Below are positions 50,749-61,581 of a DNA stretch of 64,000 nucleotides, in pieces. Within the stretch, counting starts at the first letter, position 1. Each line of letters starts with the position of its first letter. The translations under genes and the position numbers were made by a program. The stretch is from positions 896,001-960,000 of the forward strand of contig CBDANS010000006.1 in the NCBI GenBank assembly GCA_965197745.1. Reading direction: 5' to 3'. The notes under the pieces are model-generated. The model was given only the letters and a program-made list of their open reading frames with translations. It searched no databases and was not told the origin of the DNA. This DNA comes from Opitutales bacterium (GTDB lineage: Bacteria > Verrucomicrobiota > Verrucomicrobiia > Opitutales > PNEW01).

Positions 50749-51633
50749 CTACCCAGCGTACTCGTATGCCGGCACGCCACGGACATCACATTTATATTTC
50801 AGAAGAGAACCTGCCAGGGGTTGTTCGGTAAGGTCTTTGTCTTCCAGTTTATAAGTAGCCGACGTTACATAAAGCTCATCGAGATTTTCCCCGCCAAAGG
50901 CGCACGAGGTAATGCTGTTTGCGGGCACGGGAACATTGGCAATCAACTCCCCAGTTTGCGGATTGTATCGTTTGACACCCCATCCTCCAAAGACTGCGAT
51001 CCAGAGCATTCCCTCTTCATCGATCGTCATCCCATCGAAGTACCCCTCCCCTGAATTTTCAATGACAACCCGTTCGTTTTTTATATTTCCGGTATCGATA
51101 TCGTAATCCCACGCCCGGACATTGTCCAATGGCGTGTCAATGTAATACATCGTTTTATGGTCCAGACTCCAAACGATACCGTTGGAAACGGAAACCGGGG
51201 AAACTTTTTTAGAGATTGAATGATCGGTGTCCAGGCAGTAGAGCGCGCCCCTGTCTTTCTCCCCGAAAAATTCCATTGTGCCCGCCCAGAATCTACCGGC
51301 AGGATCACACTTTCCGTCGTTAAAACGGTTAGCTGGAATAAACCTTTCCGGATCGCCATAAGCTGTTACTTTTTCAGTGACGAGATCCAGGCTGGCAAAG
51401 CCATTGTGTAGTGCGAGCATCGCCCCGCCACCCGCGCGCAGAACAATTGTCCCTACAAACTGGCAGACATCGATCGTGCGGTTTTCTTTAGACTTCGGAT
51501 CATAGACATAAACATGATTGCTCATGATATCGACCCAGTAGAGTTTTTGCTCCTTGACGTCCCAGATGGATCCTTCCCCCACAAGCGCCCGTTTCTCTAC
51601 TACAACTTCCGGTTCCTCTTTATACTCTTTCAT
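50749..51633 (-). CDS. SMP-30/gluconolactonase family protein
   Basis: GEGSIWD, RFNDGKCDPAGRFWAGTM, SNGIVWS, DGMTIDEEG, TSCAFGG. Confidence 0.93.
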   Translation of the reverse strand: MKEYKEEPEVVVEKRALVGEGSIWDVKEQKLYWVDIMSNHVYVYDPKSKENRTIDVCQFVGTIVLRAGGGAMLALHNGFASLDLVTEKVTAYGDPERFIPANRFNDGKCDPAGRFWAGTMEFFGEKDRGALYCLDTDHSISKKVSPVSVSNGIVWSLDHKTMYYIDTPLDNVRAWDYDIDTGNIKNERVVIENSGEGYFDGMTIDEEGMLWIAVFGGWGVKRYNPQTGELIANVPVPANSITSCAFGGENLDELYVTSATYKLEDKDLTEQPLAGSLLKYKCDVRGVPAYEYAG

Positions 51634-51736
51634 TCATTTCCTCCTCTTATTTTATAAATTATGTTTCATTCGACTACCCCGTTAACGCACTATGAAATTT
51701 ACGCATCAGTGATGACAAATGAACATAAGTAGGATT

Positions 51737-52933
51737 CTATCGGTGTTCGAGATCTGATATTTCGATATGAACATCAGGCCTTTTTAATAGCTCCTCACGT
51801 AAGGCTGTCCCGAGGCCTGGAGACCCCTCGAGCGAAAGCATACCATCAGAAATCGGAATTTCATCGGTCACAACCTCCTTATACCAACCATTGTAATAAG
51901 CCCTCACTGTCTCCATGATCATGGCGTTAGGAACATGCAGCATCATATGCGTTGCGGCCCAAAGCGCGACAGGTCCGACGCAATCATGACAGGTAACCGG
52001 CAGGTAATAAGTATCGGCTAAAGAACAGATTTTACGCGTCTCGGTTATCCCTCCAGTCCATACTAAATCCGGCATAATGATGTCCGCGGCATTTTTTTCC
52101 ACCACCTGTCGAAAGCCGTAGCGTGCGAATAATCTTTCACTGACACAAAGGGGGATATTCGTATCCGCCTTCAACCGCGCATATGCATCGGCATTATCAG
52201 GAAGAATAATTTCCTCCAGCCACATTAGATTATAGGGCTCTAAAGCATGCGCGATTTTAGTCGCGACGGTGAGGTCCCAGCGAGAGTGCCCCTCGACGGC
52301 GATCTCGATTTTATCGCCGACCGTTTTGCGAATATCCTCCACGTGCGAAATCCCCTTTAAAAGATCATCATTGCTGAGAAAATGCCCGGTTGGACCCACC
52401 CCTTCATTCGCATAGCGCGGCCCCTTCGGGTCCCTGATCATAACGCCAAATTGATCGAAAGGCCAGATTTTCATCGCTTTAATCCCGTTTTTTAAAAGAT
52501 CTTCAGCGAGTTCTCCGGTGTGACCATCACGCCAGAGATCATAATCACGGCAATCCTCATAACTGACGCAGGTATTATAAATTCCGATACGATCGCGGCT
52601 GCGGCCTCCCAGTAAATTATAAATAGGCTCCCCTGTATGTTGGCCAACGAGATCCCATAAGGCCACATCTACTGCGCTGATGGCACGCGATTCGGTGCCC
52701 GCGTAGCCAAAAAAATTAACCGTTGAAAACATATTGTTCCAGTGCTTTTCAATGTCGCAGGGATCTTTATCAAGCAGTAGATTGGCGAAGGCGTCATGGA
52801 TTACCGCGCTTACAGCACGCGGCAAGTAATAGGTTTCACCAAGTCCTATGAGCCCGTCATCGGTGTGTAACCTGACCCACATCGTATGCGGCTGCCCGTC
52901 GACCCAGATCGTTTCTATCTTAACAATTTTCAT
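51737..52933 (-). CDS. Mandelate racemase/sugar-acid dehydratase (enolase superfamily)
   Basis: GLGET, SAVDVALWDL.G, KIWPFD, WLEE, SER, DIIMPD..WTGGI, HDC. Confidence 0.9.
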   Translation of the reverse strand: MKIVKIETIWVDGQPHTMWVRLHTDDGLIGLGETYYLPRAVSAVIHDAFANLLLDKDPCDIEKHWNNMFSTVNFFGYAGTESRAISAVDVALWDLVGQHTGEPIYNLLGGRSRDRIGIYNTCVSYEDCRDYDLWRDGHTGELAEDLLKNGIKAMKIWPFDQFGVMIRDPKGPRYANEGVGPTGHFLSNDDLLKGISHVEDIRKTVGDKIEIAVEGHSRWDLTVATKIAHALEPYNLMWLEEIILPDNADAYARLKADTNIPLCVSERLFARYGFRQVVEKNAADIIMPDLVWTGGITETRKICSLADTYYLPVTCHDCVGPVALWAATHMMLHVPNAMIMETVRAYYNGWYKEVVTDEIPISDGMLSLEGSPGLGTALREELLKRPDVHIEISDLEHR

Positions 52934-52962
52934 TTAAATTCTCCTCACCGGGATTCGGTATC

Positions 52963-54471
52963 TCAAGCTTGATCACTCTCCTGTTTTAATTCGCTTCTTC
53001 CCCAGATGGTAATCTCCAACGGCGCGAGGGGCGACCGAACAATCACACTCCCCAGATAACCGAGAACAAAACTGATGATAAAACAAAAGGGAAAGTAATA
53101 AATAAAATGGACCTCTGTTTCCTTCTGTATCCACAGGGTCGCCACGACGGCAACCACCGTTCCTACCAGCCAGCCTTTAAAATTCGCCCGCCGTGTCAGG
53201 ATGCCCAGGATGAAGAGCACGAGGATGGGAGCAGCAAAGAGCCCCAGAAATCCACTTGCGGCCTTCAGGATCTGTTCAATCGTTGAAACAAAGCAGGCCA
53301 CACCGATGGCAAATGCTCCGAGCGATAAAGTCAACGTCCGCGCCAGCTTGACATCGTGATGTTCGGACTCGGTTTTACCTCTTAGCGGTTTAATAAAATC
53401 ATTAACAATGACCGTAGAAAGAGAATTAATTCCCGAATCCATACTCGACATTGCCGCGGCAAAAATGGCGGTAACGAGAAGACCGGAAACGCCATTTGGC
53501 AAATTATGGATGATATAATAAGGGAGGACCTTATCCCCTTCAATCGTGGAGAGTATCTGTTCAGGGTTTACCTGATAATAAGCATACATACCAATTCCCA
53601 GAAAGAGGAGAAGGCTTACAATAAACAGATCGTTTAACGAATTTACTAGTGTAGCCTTAGCCATTCCTCCAAATGTTTTAGTCGCCATCAGCCTTTGTAC
53701 CGTAACCTGGTCGGTCCCATAATCCTGCAATACCTGTAAAAAATAGGATATGGCGACGGCAAGCGCACCCATTTCGTAAATATTGAGATTAAGATTGAAC
53801 ACATCCATGTGTCCATTCTCCCTGGCGATAGTCATGATCCCTGACAAACCGTCGGGAACATGCATAATCAAAGAAACAGCAACCCATATTGCTCCGCCTA
53901 CAAGGATGATAAACTGCAACGCATCAGTCCATAGGACTGCGGACAGCCCCCCTAATACGGTGTAGGATGTGGCGAGTATCCCCATCAGTAATATCGCAAA
54001 ATAGAGATTAATACCCGTCACTACCGACAGCGCCAGGGCGGGTGAATAGATCACTACCCCCAACCACCCCAGGCGCGCGAGGACAAATAGACCCGATGTC
54101 GCAAACCGCGCATTACGCCCATAACGCCGGTTAATATATTCATAAGAGGTGGTCACATTTAACCGACGATAGAAGGGATAAAAGAGAAAAATCATCACCG
54201 GTGCTCCTATCACGCTCATAATACCTACGATAATAAGGGAGATATTCTCCTTGTAGGCAGTTCCCGGAATTCCCATGTATGAAGTCGCGCTTGTAAGCGA
54301 GGCAAACATGCTCATCGCGACGATGAACCAGGGCATCTTACGTCCCGCGAGGAAGTAGTCCACTGTTGTTTTCTGCTTACCCGCAAGCCACAGTCCGATG
54401 CCAAATATGGCTGCCAGATAGATAATAAATATCGTATAATTTAAGGCGCCAAAATTGGGAATATCTTCCAT
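52963..54471 (-). CDS. Sodium:solute symporter (SSS family)
   Basis: DYFLAGR, SATSYMGIPG, GGLSAVLWTD, DQVTVQR, AAAMSSMDSGINS. Start set at ATG 54471. Confidence 0.92.
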   Translation of the reverse strand: MEDIPNFGALNYTIFIIYLAAIFGIGLWLAGKQKTTVDYFLAGRKMPWFIVAMSMFASLTSATSYMGIPGTAYKENISLIIVGIMSVIGAPVMIFLFYPFYRRLNVTTSYEYINRRYGRNARFATSGLFVLARLGWLGVVIYSPALALSVVTGINLYFAILLMGILATSYTVLGGLSAVLWTDALQFIILVGGAIWVAVSLIMHVPDGLSGIMTIARENGHMDVFNLNLNIYEMGALAVAISYFLQVLQDYGTDQVTVQRLMATKTFGGMAKATLVNSLNDLFIVSLLLFLGIGMYAYYQVNPEQILSTIEGDKVLPYYIIHNLPNGVSGLLVTAIFAAAMSSMDSGINSLSTVIVNDFIKPLRGKTESEHHDVKLARTLTLSLGAFAIGVACFVSTIEQILKAASGFLGLFAAPILVLFILGILTRRANFKGWLVGTVVAVVATLWIQKETEVHFIYYFPFCFIISFVLGYLGSVIVRSPLAPLEITIWGRSELKQESDQA

Positions 54472-54749
54472 GCAGTTATCCAGCGGAAAACTGAATGCCA
54501 GTTCAATAAAAATATTCCGTCCAAACTGACGGTTTATTGAATACAACCATGTAACATGGATTTTGCGTCCTCTTCCCTGAGCACTCACCGAAGTCTCAGT
54601 TGAATGCTACCGAACCCTGCAACTGCAGGGTGAAAACTGATCGTAGCCGCTAAGAAACATGCGTATCTTCCTGTAACTAGAACACTGGAGAGCGTTTGAT
54701 TAAGGGTAAACCCCACCATTTAGAGACTGACGTTCGCAAGAGACATCCC

Positions 54750-54909
54750 CCTGGAATGCTTCGTCTCCCGCGGTTGCGGGATCCTCGCAATGACAAATTA
54801 ATAATCAGCAGTGTGTTCTAAATAACCTCTTACAGATACACTCTTATTGTCATTGCGAGGTTGCTTGTCAGCCGCGGCTACCGAGCGCAGCGACATCTTC
54901 CATTCCAGG
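54750..54909. repeat. Two family C half-repeats, the second with a micro-insertion (54879-54901)
   Basis: CCTGGAATGCTTCGTCTCCCGCGGTTGCGGGATCCTCGCAATGACAA and TTGTCATTGCGAGG...GCGGC[TACCGAGCGCAGCGACATCTTCC]ATTCCAGG. Confidence 0.75.
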
Positions 54910-54972
54910 CGAACAACCATTGTGATTAAGAATACCAGTCTTCGCTCAGAACGATTTAAACTTTAAAATAGT

Positions 54973-55189
54973 GAAGCCCAGAAGGGGCTTTGCGATAGGG
55001 GTGCATTTCTTACCCTTAATATCTACGATTGGGGTTAGTAATTTATATAATTAACAACACCCCCGGAGGGGGGTGTGACATACGTAGCCCATAGCGCAAG
55101 CTGTGGGTGATTTGAACGTTAAAATTGTGAAGCCCCGGTGGGGCGACACAACATATCTCACGACTGTACTTGTGTCGCCCCGCTGGGGC
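54973..55189. repeat. REP-like cluster, family E (AGCCCC...GGGGCGACA / TGTCGCCCC...GGGGCT)
   Basis: GAAGCCCAGAAGGGGCTT, CCCCGGAGGGGG, AGCCCCGGTGGGGCGACACA...TGTGTCGCCCCGCTGGGGCT. Confidence 0.7.
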
Positions 55190-55293
55190 TATGGGATAAT
55201 TAACAATTTTGTATACGACTTCGTCTTAGTCCTCTCGTAACCCGCCGATGATACGCAGTAACGGCTGAAGCTCAATGTGCAAAGACAGTTGCA

Positions 55294-56832
55294 TCATGCA
55301 TCCTGGATCTTGGATCCTGGTTCATCCACACTCCATTCCATTTCCGGTTCGAGGGGATAAATGGGCCGGGGAATATGAACAAAATCATAGTTATTCATAT
55401 TGTAAGATGTCGCCCCGGGACAATCGGAACGAATAACCGCTTTAGCCACATGCCCGTAGGTGGGGATAAAACCAACTCCTGTTTTCAAGGCTACAATCTT
55501 TGCTTCAAAGGGTTCGATTCCCACCTTTCGAAATATAGAAGGTTGCGGTCCGATGATAATGCGTTCCGTTAGGACCAGGCGGATGTTATCAATACCCAGG
55601 CAAACGGTTTTTCCCGCATCGACCGTCGGTGTGGGGGTGAATTTTCCCACATCTTCAATAATCCCATCGGTCACGCATAATACCTCACCCGTCACGGATA
55701 AAGGTTCACTGAACCGGGTGTCACGTTTCCCTCCAACTTCAAGGGTAACCGTTGAACCGATGTCATCTTCATTGATCTTTTCCACGGCATCACGATCGGG
55801 CAAATGAGAAAGGATCAACCCCTTCACATTATGGCGTTGTTCAACTAACGAATTGAGCAGCGCGGTGGTGTCCCCGGGTGCGCCCCCTCCAATGGTGTCC
55901 GCTGAATCGGTTATGAGAACGGGACTCCCCTCAGCCTGAGACGCGGCCTGGACAGCATCATCGGAGGGTAGCATGGCATCCGGCAGTACCCCCTCACGTG
56001 ATTCCCAAACCCGGGTGGCATGATCTCTGACAATCTCGGTGGCCAGGGTTTTATCATTGTCGGTCACGGCAACCGTGGCCCACCCAAACTCGGGAACATC
56101 CTGCCAACCAAAGCTGACACATAAAGAACAGGTAATCACCCCGGGTTTAGCTTCATATACCGTCAGTTGATCGAATAATTCCTTAAGCGTTCCTGAATTA
56201 GTGCCATCATCAGGGGGTGGAATGATGATGGGAATTTTTTTCATTTCCATCACCGGTTTGATTTCACCGGCCAGGATGCGAAGTAAGATATTCGCGCCAC
56301 GCTCTCCCGTCTCGACTACATCGATATGGGGATGGGTTCGATAGGCAACGATTACATCGGTAAGATCCACCATCCTTTGCGTTAATATGGCATGATGATC
56401 GAGGGTGCAGACCAGGGGAATATCATCACCTAGGACCTCGCGAACAATGCCCAGAAAATAACCCTCCAGATCGAAAATCTCTTTTGACGCCATGGCCCCA
56501 TGCATGGCAAATAAGAACCCGTCGAGATCTCCGGTTTCGCGAAGCATCCGGCGTAAATTTTCCTCGAGATAAGAGACAACTTCCGCAGTGACATTGCCTC
56601 CGGCAAAACCTGAGGCACTTATCAATGGAACAATTTCAATAGCCTCTTCTGACGATCCCAGGATTTTCAGGAACCCGGTGATTTCATCGCTACGCTCTGT
56701 CTGGTGAAGCAGTTCATCACCAAGAAGAATGCCCCCGACTGTATTCTGAAATTGTTCCAGTCCGGCTTCGAGCAGTGTAAATGTGTTTGCTTCATGTTCA
56801 AATCGACATATCGCAATGCGCTTTTTGGTCAT
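55294..56832 (-). CDS. M81 family metallopeptidase/deacetylase (MlrC-like)
   Basis: HEANTF, MHGAM, LDHHA, YRTHPHID, DSADTIGGGAPGD. Confidence 0.9.
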   Translation of the reverse strand: MTKKRIAICRFEHEANTFTLLEAGLEQFQNTVGGILLGDELLHQTERSDEITGFLKILGSSEEAIEIVPLISASGFAGGNVTAEVVSYLEENLRRMLRETGDLDGFLFAMHGAMASKEIFDLEGYFLGIVREVLGDDIPLVCTLDHHAILTQRMVDLTDVIVAYRTHPHIDVVETGERGANILLRILAGEIKPVMEMKKIPIIIPPPDDGTNSGTLKELFDQLTVYEAKPGVITCSLCVSFGWQDVPEFGWATVAVTDNDKTLATEIVRDHATRVWESREGVLPDAMLPSDDAVQAASQAEGSPVLITDSADTIGGGAPGDTTALLNSLVEQRHNVKGLILSHLPDRDAVEKINEDDIGSTVTLEVGGKRDTRFSEPLSVTGEVLCVTDGIIEDVGKFTPTPTVDAGKTVCLGIDNIRLVLTERIIIGPQPSIFRKVGIEPFEAKIVALKTGVGFIPTYGHVAKAVIRSDCPGATSYNMNNYDFVHIPRPIYPLEPEMEWSVDEPGSKIQDA

Positions 56833-56863
56833 CTCTGAATTTATTTAAGGGGTCATGAATAAA

Positions 56864-59653
56864 TTACATTACCTTGATGTTAACCCGGTCGAGCATCGGG
56901 AAGCGGTCGCCGTTGTCGGATATGAATATCGCTTTATATTGAAAGTAACGATCCGTCTCCTTAAGCTTGAATTCTCCGGATTCTGCCGACTGCCAGGGGC
57001 TTTCTTTCAATTTATCTTTTTCCGCTCCCGAGCGAATCACAAATTTTAACTGGGTCCCCTCCGGTATATCTGCAGCGTAACTCAGTAGGCCCTTCGTCGC
57101 ATTTTCTTCATAACTGAAGATTGAAGATTTATAGATCTGCCGCCAGGATCGGTCATAAATATGTCCCATGTCAGAGTTATACATCCAATGCGGGCCATGC
57201 GTCGGAACAGTATCAATATGCGGGTTTGCAAATCGATTGCCGTCATTTAAAAAAATTTTCGAGACCGTATTGTGGTTGCCGTCCACGGTGTGATTCGCAA
57301 CTGCGAGGTCGAGCAGTCCGTCTTTATTAAAATCGGCGGCTAAGCCATCAGAACCCGAATCGTTAAAGAGATAGCTTCGCCCTCGCTTGCTGTACCCTTC
57401 CGCGCTTCCCCAGAATAGATAACACGGCTGTTCTTCACGTGAGATATCTCCATGATAAAAAGGGAAAAACAGGTCGAGAAATCCATCACTGTCCCAGTCG
57501 GCGATTACCGGGCCGAGGGGAGTAAACCCCGGAAGCCATTGGCTGTTCCATTGCTTGAATCCATCCTGACCACCCCAAAAAATAAGTGATCCAACGTCAT
57601 TATGGATATTTACAAAGTCCCGGTAACAGCAGGCAACGATATCCAGCCAGCCATCGTTATTGAGGTCAGCCGTTTCCAGATCTACCACCGCGGGGGCATC
57701 TATTTTTATCGAACGGTTGACATCAAACCCGTCTACACTCCCATAAAATACTCTTACTCCTCCATCTTGATATGAATTGGCTGCAATATCGAGCCAACCA
57801 TCCTTGTCGTAGTCAGCCAGTTGAATGGAGAGTGAACGATAGTTACAGGGAATGGTTACACGGCGGCTGCGATCAAATCCTTCTTTTGCCCCATAATATA
57901 TAATGACATTAGATTCTGGATTTTCATAACCTGCGGTAAACTGCCCCAATACCAAATCGAGATACCCGTCTTTATTTATATCAGCGACCGTGCTCGATGC
58001 TAAATAAGACTCCGTCAGTACCGTTCTCCCCTCAAGCTCGATGCCTTCAGCGTTACCCCAGAAAATACTAACCCCTGCCCATGGATCTTCACTAACCCCT
58101 CCGCCGGCATGCAGTTCATCCAACAATAACAAGTCAAGGTGCCCATCGGCATTTAAATCAGCGGCTGACGCTTCGTACCCGCTTCGCAACGGTATTTTTA
58201 AAAGGCGCTCGGTGCTGAACCCGTGCGGACCACCCCAATAGAGGAATGCTGGCACTTCTTCTTTTACCGATCCACCAACACTGTTGCTGAAGATAAGGGA
58301 TGCTGGTTTCCCCACAGCTGGAGAAACACTTAAAACGCTGAAGGTCCCTTCCGTCGTTATTTTATTTTTCCCTATTTCAAATTCCCTGTTCCCTTTGCCG
58401 AAGTAAATTATCGACTCGGTCAGATAGTCCGATTTGCCCTGGTGGATAGCTACCGCAATATCGGGTATGCCGTCATTATCGAAATCACCGATCGCCGAGG
58501 TTTTCTGTTTTGGTGCATCGAGGCTGGTTGAACGGGAAGCGGAGAAACCTTTTTTATCTCCCCAAAGTATATTTATAATATCAACCGATTCCTTCGCGGC
58601 TCCTGCATCTTCACCGCCACCGGCAAATCGCAGTTTAAAATAGGAAAGGACCAGGTCATTGTAATTATCATTGTCTAAATCATCAACGACTACCTGCGAC
58701 GCACTAAATCCCGCAACTACAATGGGTGCTTTCCAAGCGCGCCCGCGCTTGCCATGAACGATAAATATACGATCTCTGCCGCTGCCAATTATCAGATCCG
58801 GCAGTTCATCATTATTGCAGTCTGCAACGTTTATGCTTTGGTGAATACTCCCCGGTATCGTTATTTTGGAAGACCTGGAATTGACTTCATTTTCATTCGT
58901 GGCCGTCGACCAGAAAATTTCAATGGCATTATCTGATCTGAGGAACGCTACATCATCAGCGCCGTCCGCATCAAAATCTCCGGAAGCCAGGGCAATGGCA
59001 TTCTCTACGCCCACGTCCTGATACCGGGTGAGGATATAACCTCTATCACCACCCCAAAAAACACGCATAATGTTGCCTTCGGGTTGTCCGTGCAGCCAGC
59101 CTTTATCGTTCAGCGTAACGATATCCACCCAACTGTCATCATTGAGATCGGCGAGCGCAATGGATTCAACACCATGTACCGGTAACAACCCATTACTGCG
59201 GGAAGCAGGCCACCCATCCTCACCGCCATAGATAATCGAGACGAAGCGACGGGGGTACTGCAGGCCACTTCTACTCGGACAAAAAACCAGGTCCGGCCAC
59301 CCATCCTTGTTGAGGTCAGCCGATTCAACCTGCTTGCTTCCGTCCACCTCAAGCTGTGACATGGTTACATCTCGCTCTGAAGAAATCACCGCGAGGGTGG
59401 GTTGAATAATATTTTTCCGATCGTGCGTGTGCGGGAAAAGCAAATCGATCCACCCGTCATTATTTAAATCAAAGCGATTTATGGTGCGAATCTTTCCATC
59501 ATAGCTGACATAAATGTTATTGCCCGAGGCATCCAGTGTCCCGTCAACAAAATCCTCGAAGGTATCCTCCATCCACGATTGGCCGAAAGCGTTGATAACC
59601 GCACATGATAAGATCAGTCCCGGTAGTAATAGTAACGTTGTAATACGTTTCAT
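56864..59653 (-). CDS. Secreted FG-GAP/VCBS repeat (beta-propeller) protein
   Basis: Signal peptide from MKRITT, more than ten ADLNxDGxxD(L/I) repeats each followed by I(F/Y)WG. Confidence 0.88.
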   Translation of the reverse strand: MKRITTLLLLPGLILSCAVINAFGQSWMEDTFEDFVDGTLDASGNNIYVSYDGKIRTINRFDLNNDGWIDLLFPHTHDRKNIIQPTLAVISSERDVTMSQLEVDGSKQVESADLNKDGWPDLVFCPSRSGLQYPRRFVSIIYGGEDGWPASRSNGLLPVHGVESIALADLNDDSWVDIVTLNDKGWLHGQPEGNIMRVFWGGDRGYILTRYQDVGVENAIALASGDFDADGADDVAFLRSDNAIEIFWSTATNENEVNSRSSKITIPGSIHQSINVADCNNDELPDLIIGSGRDRIFIVHGKRGRAWKAPIVVAGFSASQVVVDDLDNDNYNDLVLSYFKLRFAGGGEDAGAAKESVDIINILWGDKKGFSASRSTSLDAPKQKTSAIGDFDNDGIPDIAVAIHQGKSDYLTESIIYFGKGNREFEIGKNKITTEGTFSVLSVSPAVGKPASLIFSNSVGGSVKEEVPAFLYWGGPHGFSTERLLKIPLRSGYEASAADLNADGHLDLLLLDELHAGGGVSEDPWAGVSIFWGNAEGIELEGRTVLTESYLASSTVADINKDGYLDLVLGQFTAGYENPESNVIIYYGAKEGFDRSRRVTIPCNYRSLSIQLADYDKDGWLDIAANSYQDGGVRVFYGSVDGFDVNRSIKIDAPAVVDLETADLNNDGWLDIVACCYRDFVNIHNDVGSLIFWGGQDGFKQWNSQWLPGFTPLGPVIADWDSDGFLDLFFPFYHGDISREEQPCYLFWGSAEGYSKRGRSYLFNDSGSDGLAADFNKDGLLDLAVANHTVDGNHNTVSKIFLNDGNRFANPHIDTVPTHGPHWMYNSDMGHIYDRSWRQIYKSSIFSYEENATKGLLSYAADIPEGTQLKFVIRSGAEKDKLKESPWQSAESGEFKLKETDRYFQYKAIFISDNGDRFPMLDRVNIKVM

Positions 59654-59791
59654 TGATTTAATATTTCTTATGATTAAAAAATTTTCCAATTTCATGTTTA
59701 TCCTCATATAAATGATTTCATCAGTATATACGGTTTTAACCTGTCACTATGGTTCAAAAGAACTTTTTTTAGGCAACCCTGTTCTTAAACA

Positions 59792-61510
59792 TTATGTTGG
59801 GTACCCCGTTTCCTCCCAGTATTTTTCAACCCAGGGATCTCTCAGATCTTTTCTCAGTTGCTCGGCAAAGGTCTTAAGTGAAGCCGGTTCAACCGTTGAA
59901 AACACCTGTTCCGGGTTTTCATCTAAAGGATCGGGAACGATTATTCCCCGTAAATCGCGACAGGTATTAAGCGCTGTATCAATTTTTTCCTCGGACAATA
60001 CCCCGAGTTTCCAGTCCATATAAAGATCAAATCCATAACGAAAGATGATCGTGTCATCGCGGTTCCCTTCCAGTCCGGATAATACCTGCTTAAATTGATG
60101 ATCCTCTATCTTTCCCTCCAATTTTCTCCACAACCCTATAGCTTCCTCCATCAAGTTAATCGCTCCCTCTTTCTGGACCATGGCTTCAGCTTTTAATTCA
60201 GCTGTGATCGGCAACTGGTTGAAGACCATCCGTGTTTTTGGATCAGCCCTGATGGCTGCCGCGTTTTTAGGTTCATACATATCGAGGGGTAGTGTCAGCC
60301 CCATCATACCACGCATACGCTTATGTTGACGATAAGGGCCGCAAAGTCGGGAATCCAGATATTCCAGGTTGGAAAACCGGCTGTGACAGGCTGTCCATAA
60401 TGCGTCAAATTCGAACATCCCCCTCGCGGCTTCCGTCACTTTATTCAGAACCTCAATAACAACCGGCGCTGAATCATTACCGAACATCTCTTCTGCCCAG
60501 CTCAGTTTAATGGATTCAGGGTCAGCTTGGGGTTCTCGCATCAAGCGCGCAAAAGCATACCAATTAACCCGATTAAGGGGATGGTCCCAAACATCCGGTT
60601 GAGGAACAGCCATCAGCCAGATGCCCTGCTGGCCAGTCTTTACCATCGCTTTAACCGTCTCACTCCATTCATCGACAATACACCAGGGAAAATCATGCGA
60701 ACCTCGATATTCACCTGCCTGTTGAAAACAGGTGTGATAGGGAGAATTTCCTTTGGCATCGACCATGATCGTGTCAAAAAGAGGATGCAGTGGCCATCGT
60801 GAGTGAAAGTCCCAGTAATTACGCTTAAATAAGATAAAGGTGTTGTCGGGGATTTCCCCCGTCAAATTGTTGTAATAATACACTTCATGACGTTGCCCCC
60901 AGGGATCGTCCTGGCATGTCTCCCAGAATAATGTTTTCCCGCGTGATTCAAGTAAGCCTGCAATATAACGTATGGCTTCGAGCGTGCGTTCACGCCCGTT
61001 TTTACTTTTGCTTTGCGGACACTCGCCTAACCAGGGCGCGCCAAAAGTATATTCAAACTCTCCGGCACTGAATCGATGACCGGCCAGATCGGGGATCAAC
61101 TCATAATCGCGCTCAATTCTATTTTCCCAGAAAGTTCGTACTTCATCGTTGTAGGGACACAGTTTATCTGCGGGGAGTGGGGGGCCGTGCGCTTCGAATA
61201 CAGGCCAGACATATTCCACTACTGTTTCACACCATTCGCGGCGTATAAACATGCCTATCCCTTTCTCCTTCAGGTAAGTCGCAAAATTGCGCATCGTTTC
61301 AGGTTTATACTCAGGATTTCCTAAAACAACCATCGCATTGAAACCCCAGTCGCACACTTGATCAACGTACCGCCCCAACGGTGTGGACGGGTCCGGTTCG
61401 GTCATCTCCTCCCAATTAAAGAGATTGCCCGAATGGGTAAAGACGGTGACCCCATGCGGCGATTGCCATGTCTCGATTACCCGCCACTTAAATGCATAGT
61501 CCTCGTCCAT
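59792..61510 (-). CDS. Divergent GH67 (alpha-glucuronidase)-like glycoside hydrolase
   Basis: PYNDEVRTFW...YELIPDLAG, K...WDF...P..PLF, Q..GEY.G and NWYAFARL...P..I...W...FG resemble GH67 catalytic-domain motifs in the expected order. Confidence 0.55.
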   Translation of the reverse strand: MDEDYAFKWRVIETWQSPHGVTVFTHSGNLFNWEEMTEPDPSTPLGRYVDQVCDWGFNAMVVLGNPEYKPETMRNFATYLKEKGIGMFIRREWCETVVEYVWPVFEAHGPPLPADKLCPYNDEVRTFWENRIERDYELIPDLAGHRFSAGEFEYTFGAPWLGECPQSKSKNGRERTLEAIRYIAGLLESRGKTLFWETCQDDPWGQRHEVYYYNNLTGEIPDNTFILFKRNYWDFHSRWPLHPLFDTIMVDAKGNSPYHTCFQQAGEYRGSHDFPWCIVDEWSETVKAMVKTGQQGIWLMAVPQPDVWDHPLNRVNWYAFARLMREPQADPESIKLSWAEEMFGNDSAPVVIEVLNKVTEAARGMFEFDALWTACHSRFSNLEYLDSRLCGPYRQHKRMRGMMGLTLPLDMYEPKNAAAIRADPKTRMVFNQLPITAELKAEAMVQKEGAINLMEEAIGLWRKLEGKIEDHQFKQVLSGLEGNRDDTIIFRYGFDLYMDWKLGVLSEEKIDTALNTCRDLRGIIVPDPLDENPEQVFSTVEPASLKTFAEQLRKDLRDPWVEKYWEETGYPT

Positions 61511-61581
61511 TATCGTGTTGGTATTTACGTCAATACCGCAGTTTCTTAGTTTGTAAAAAGACGTTATCCAATACCTTACCT

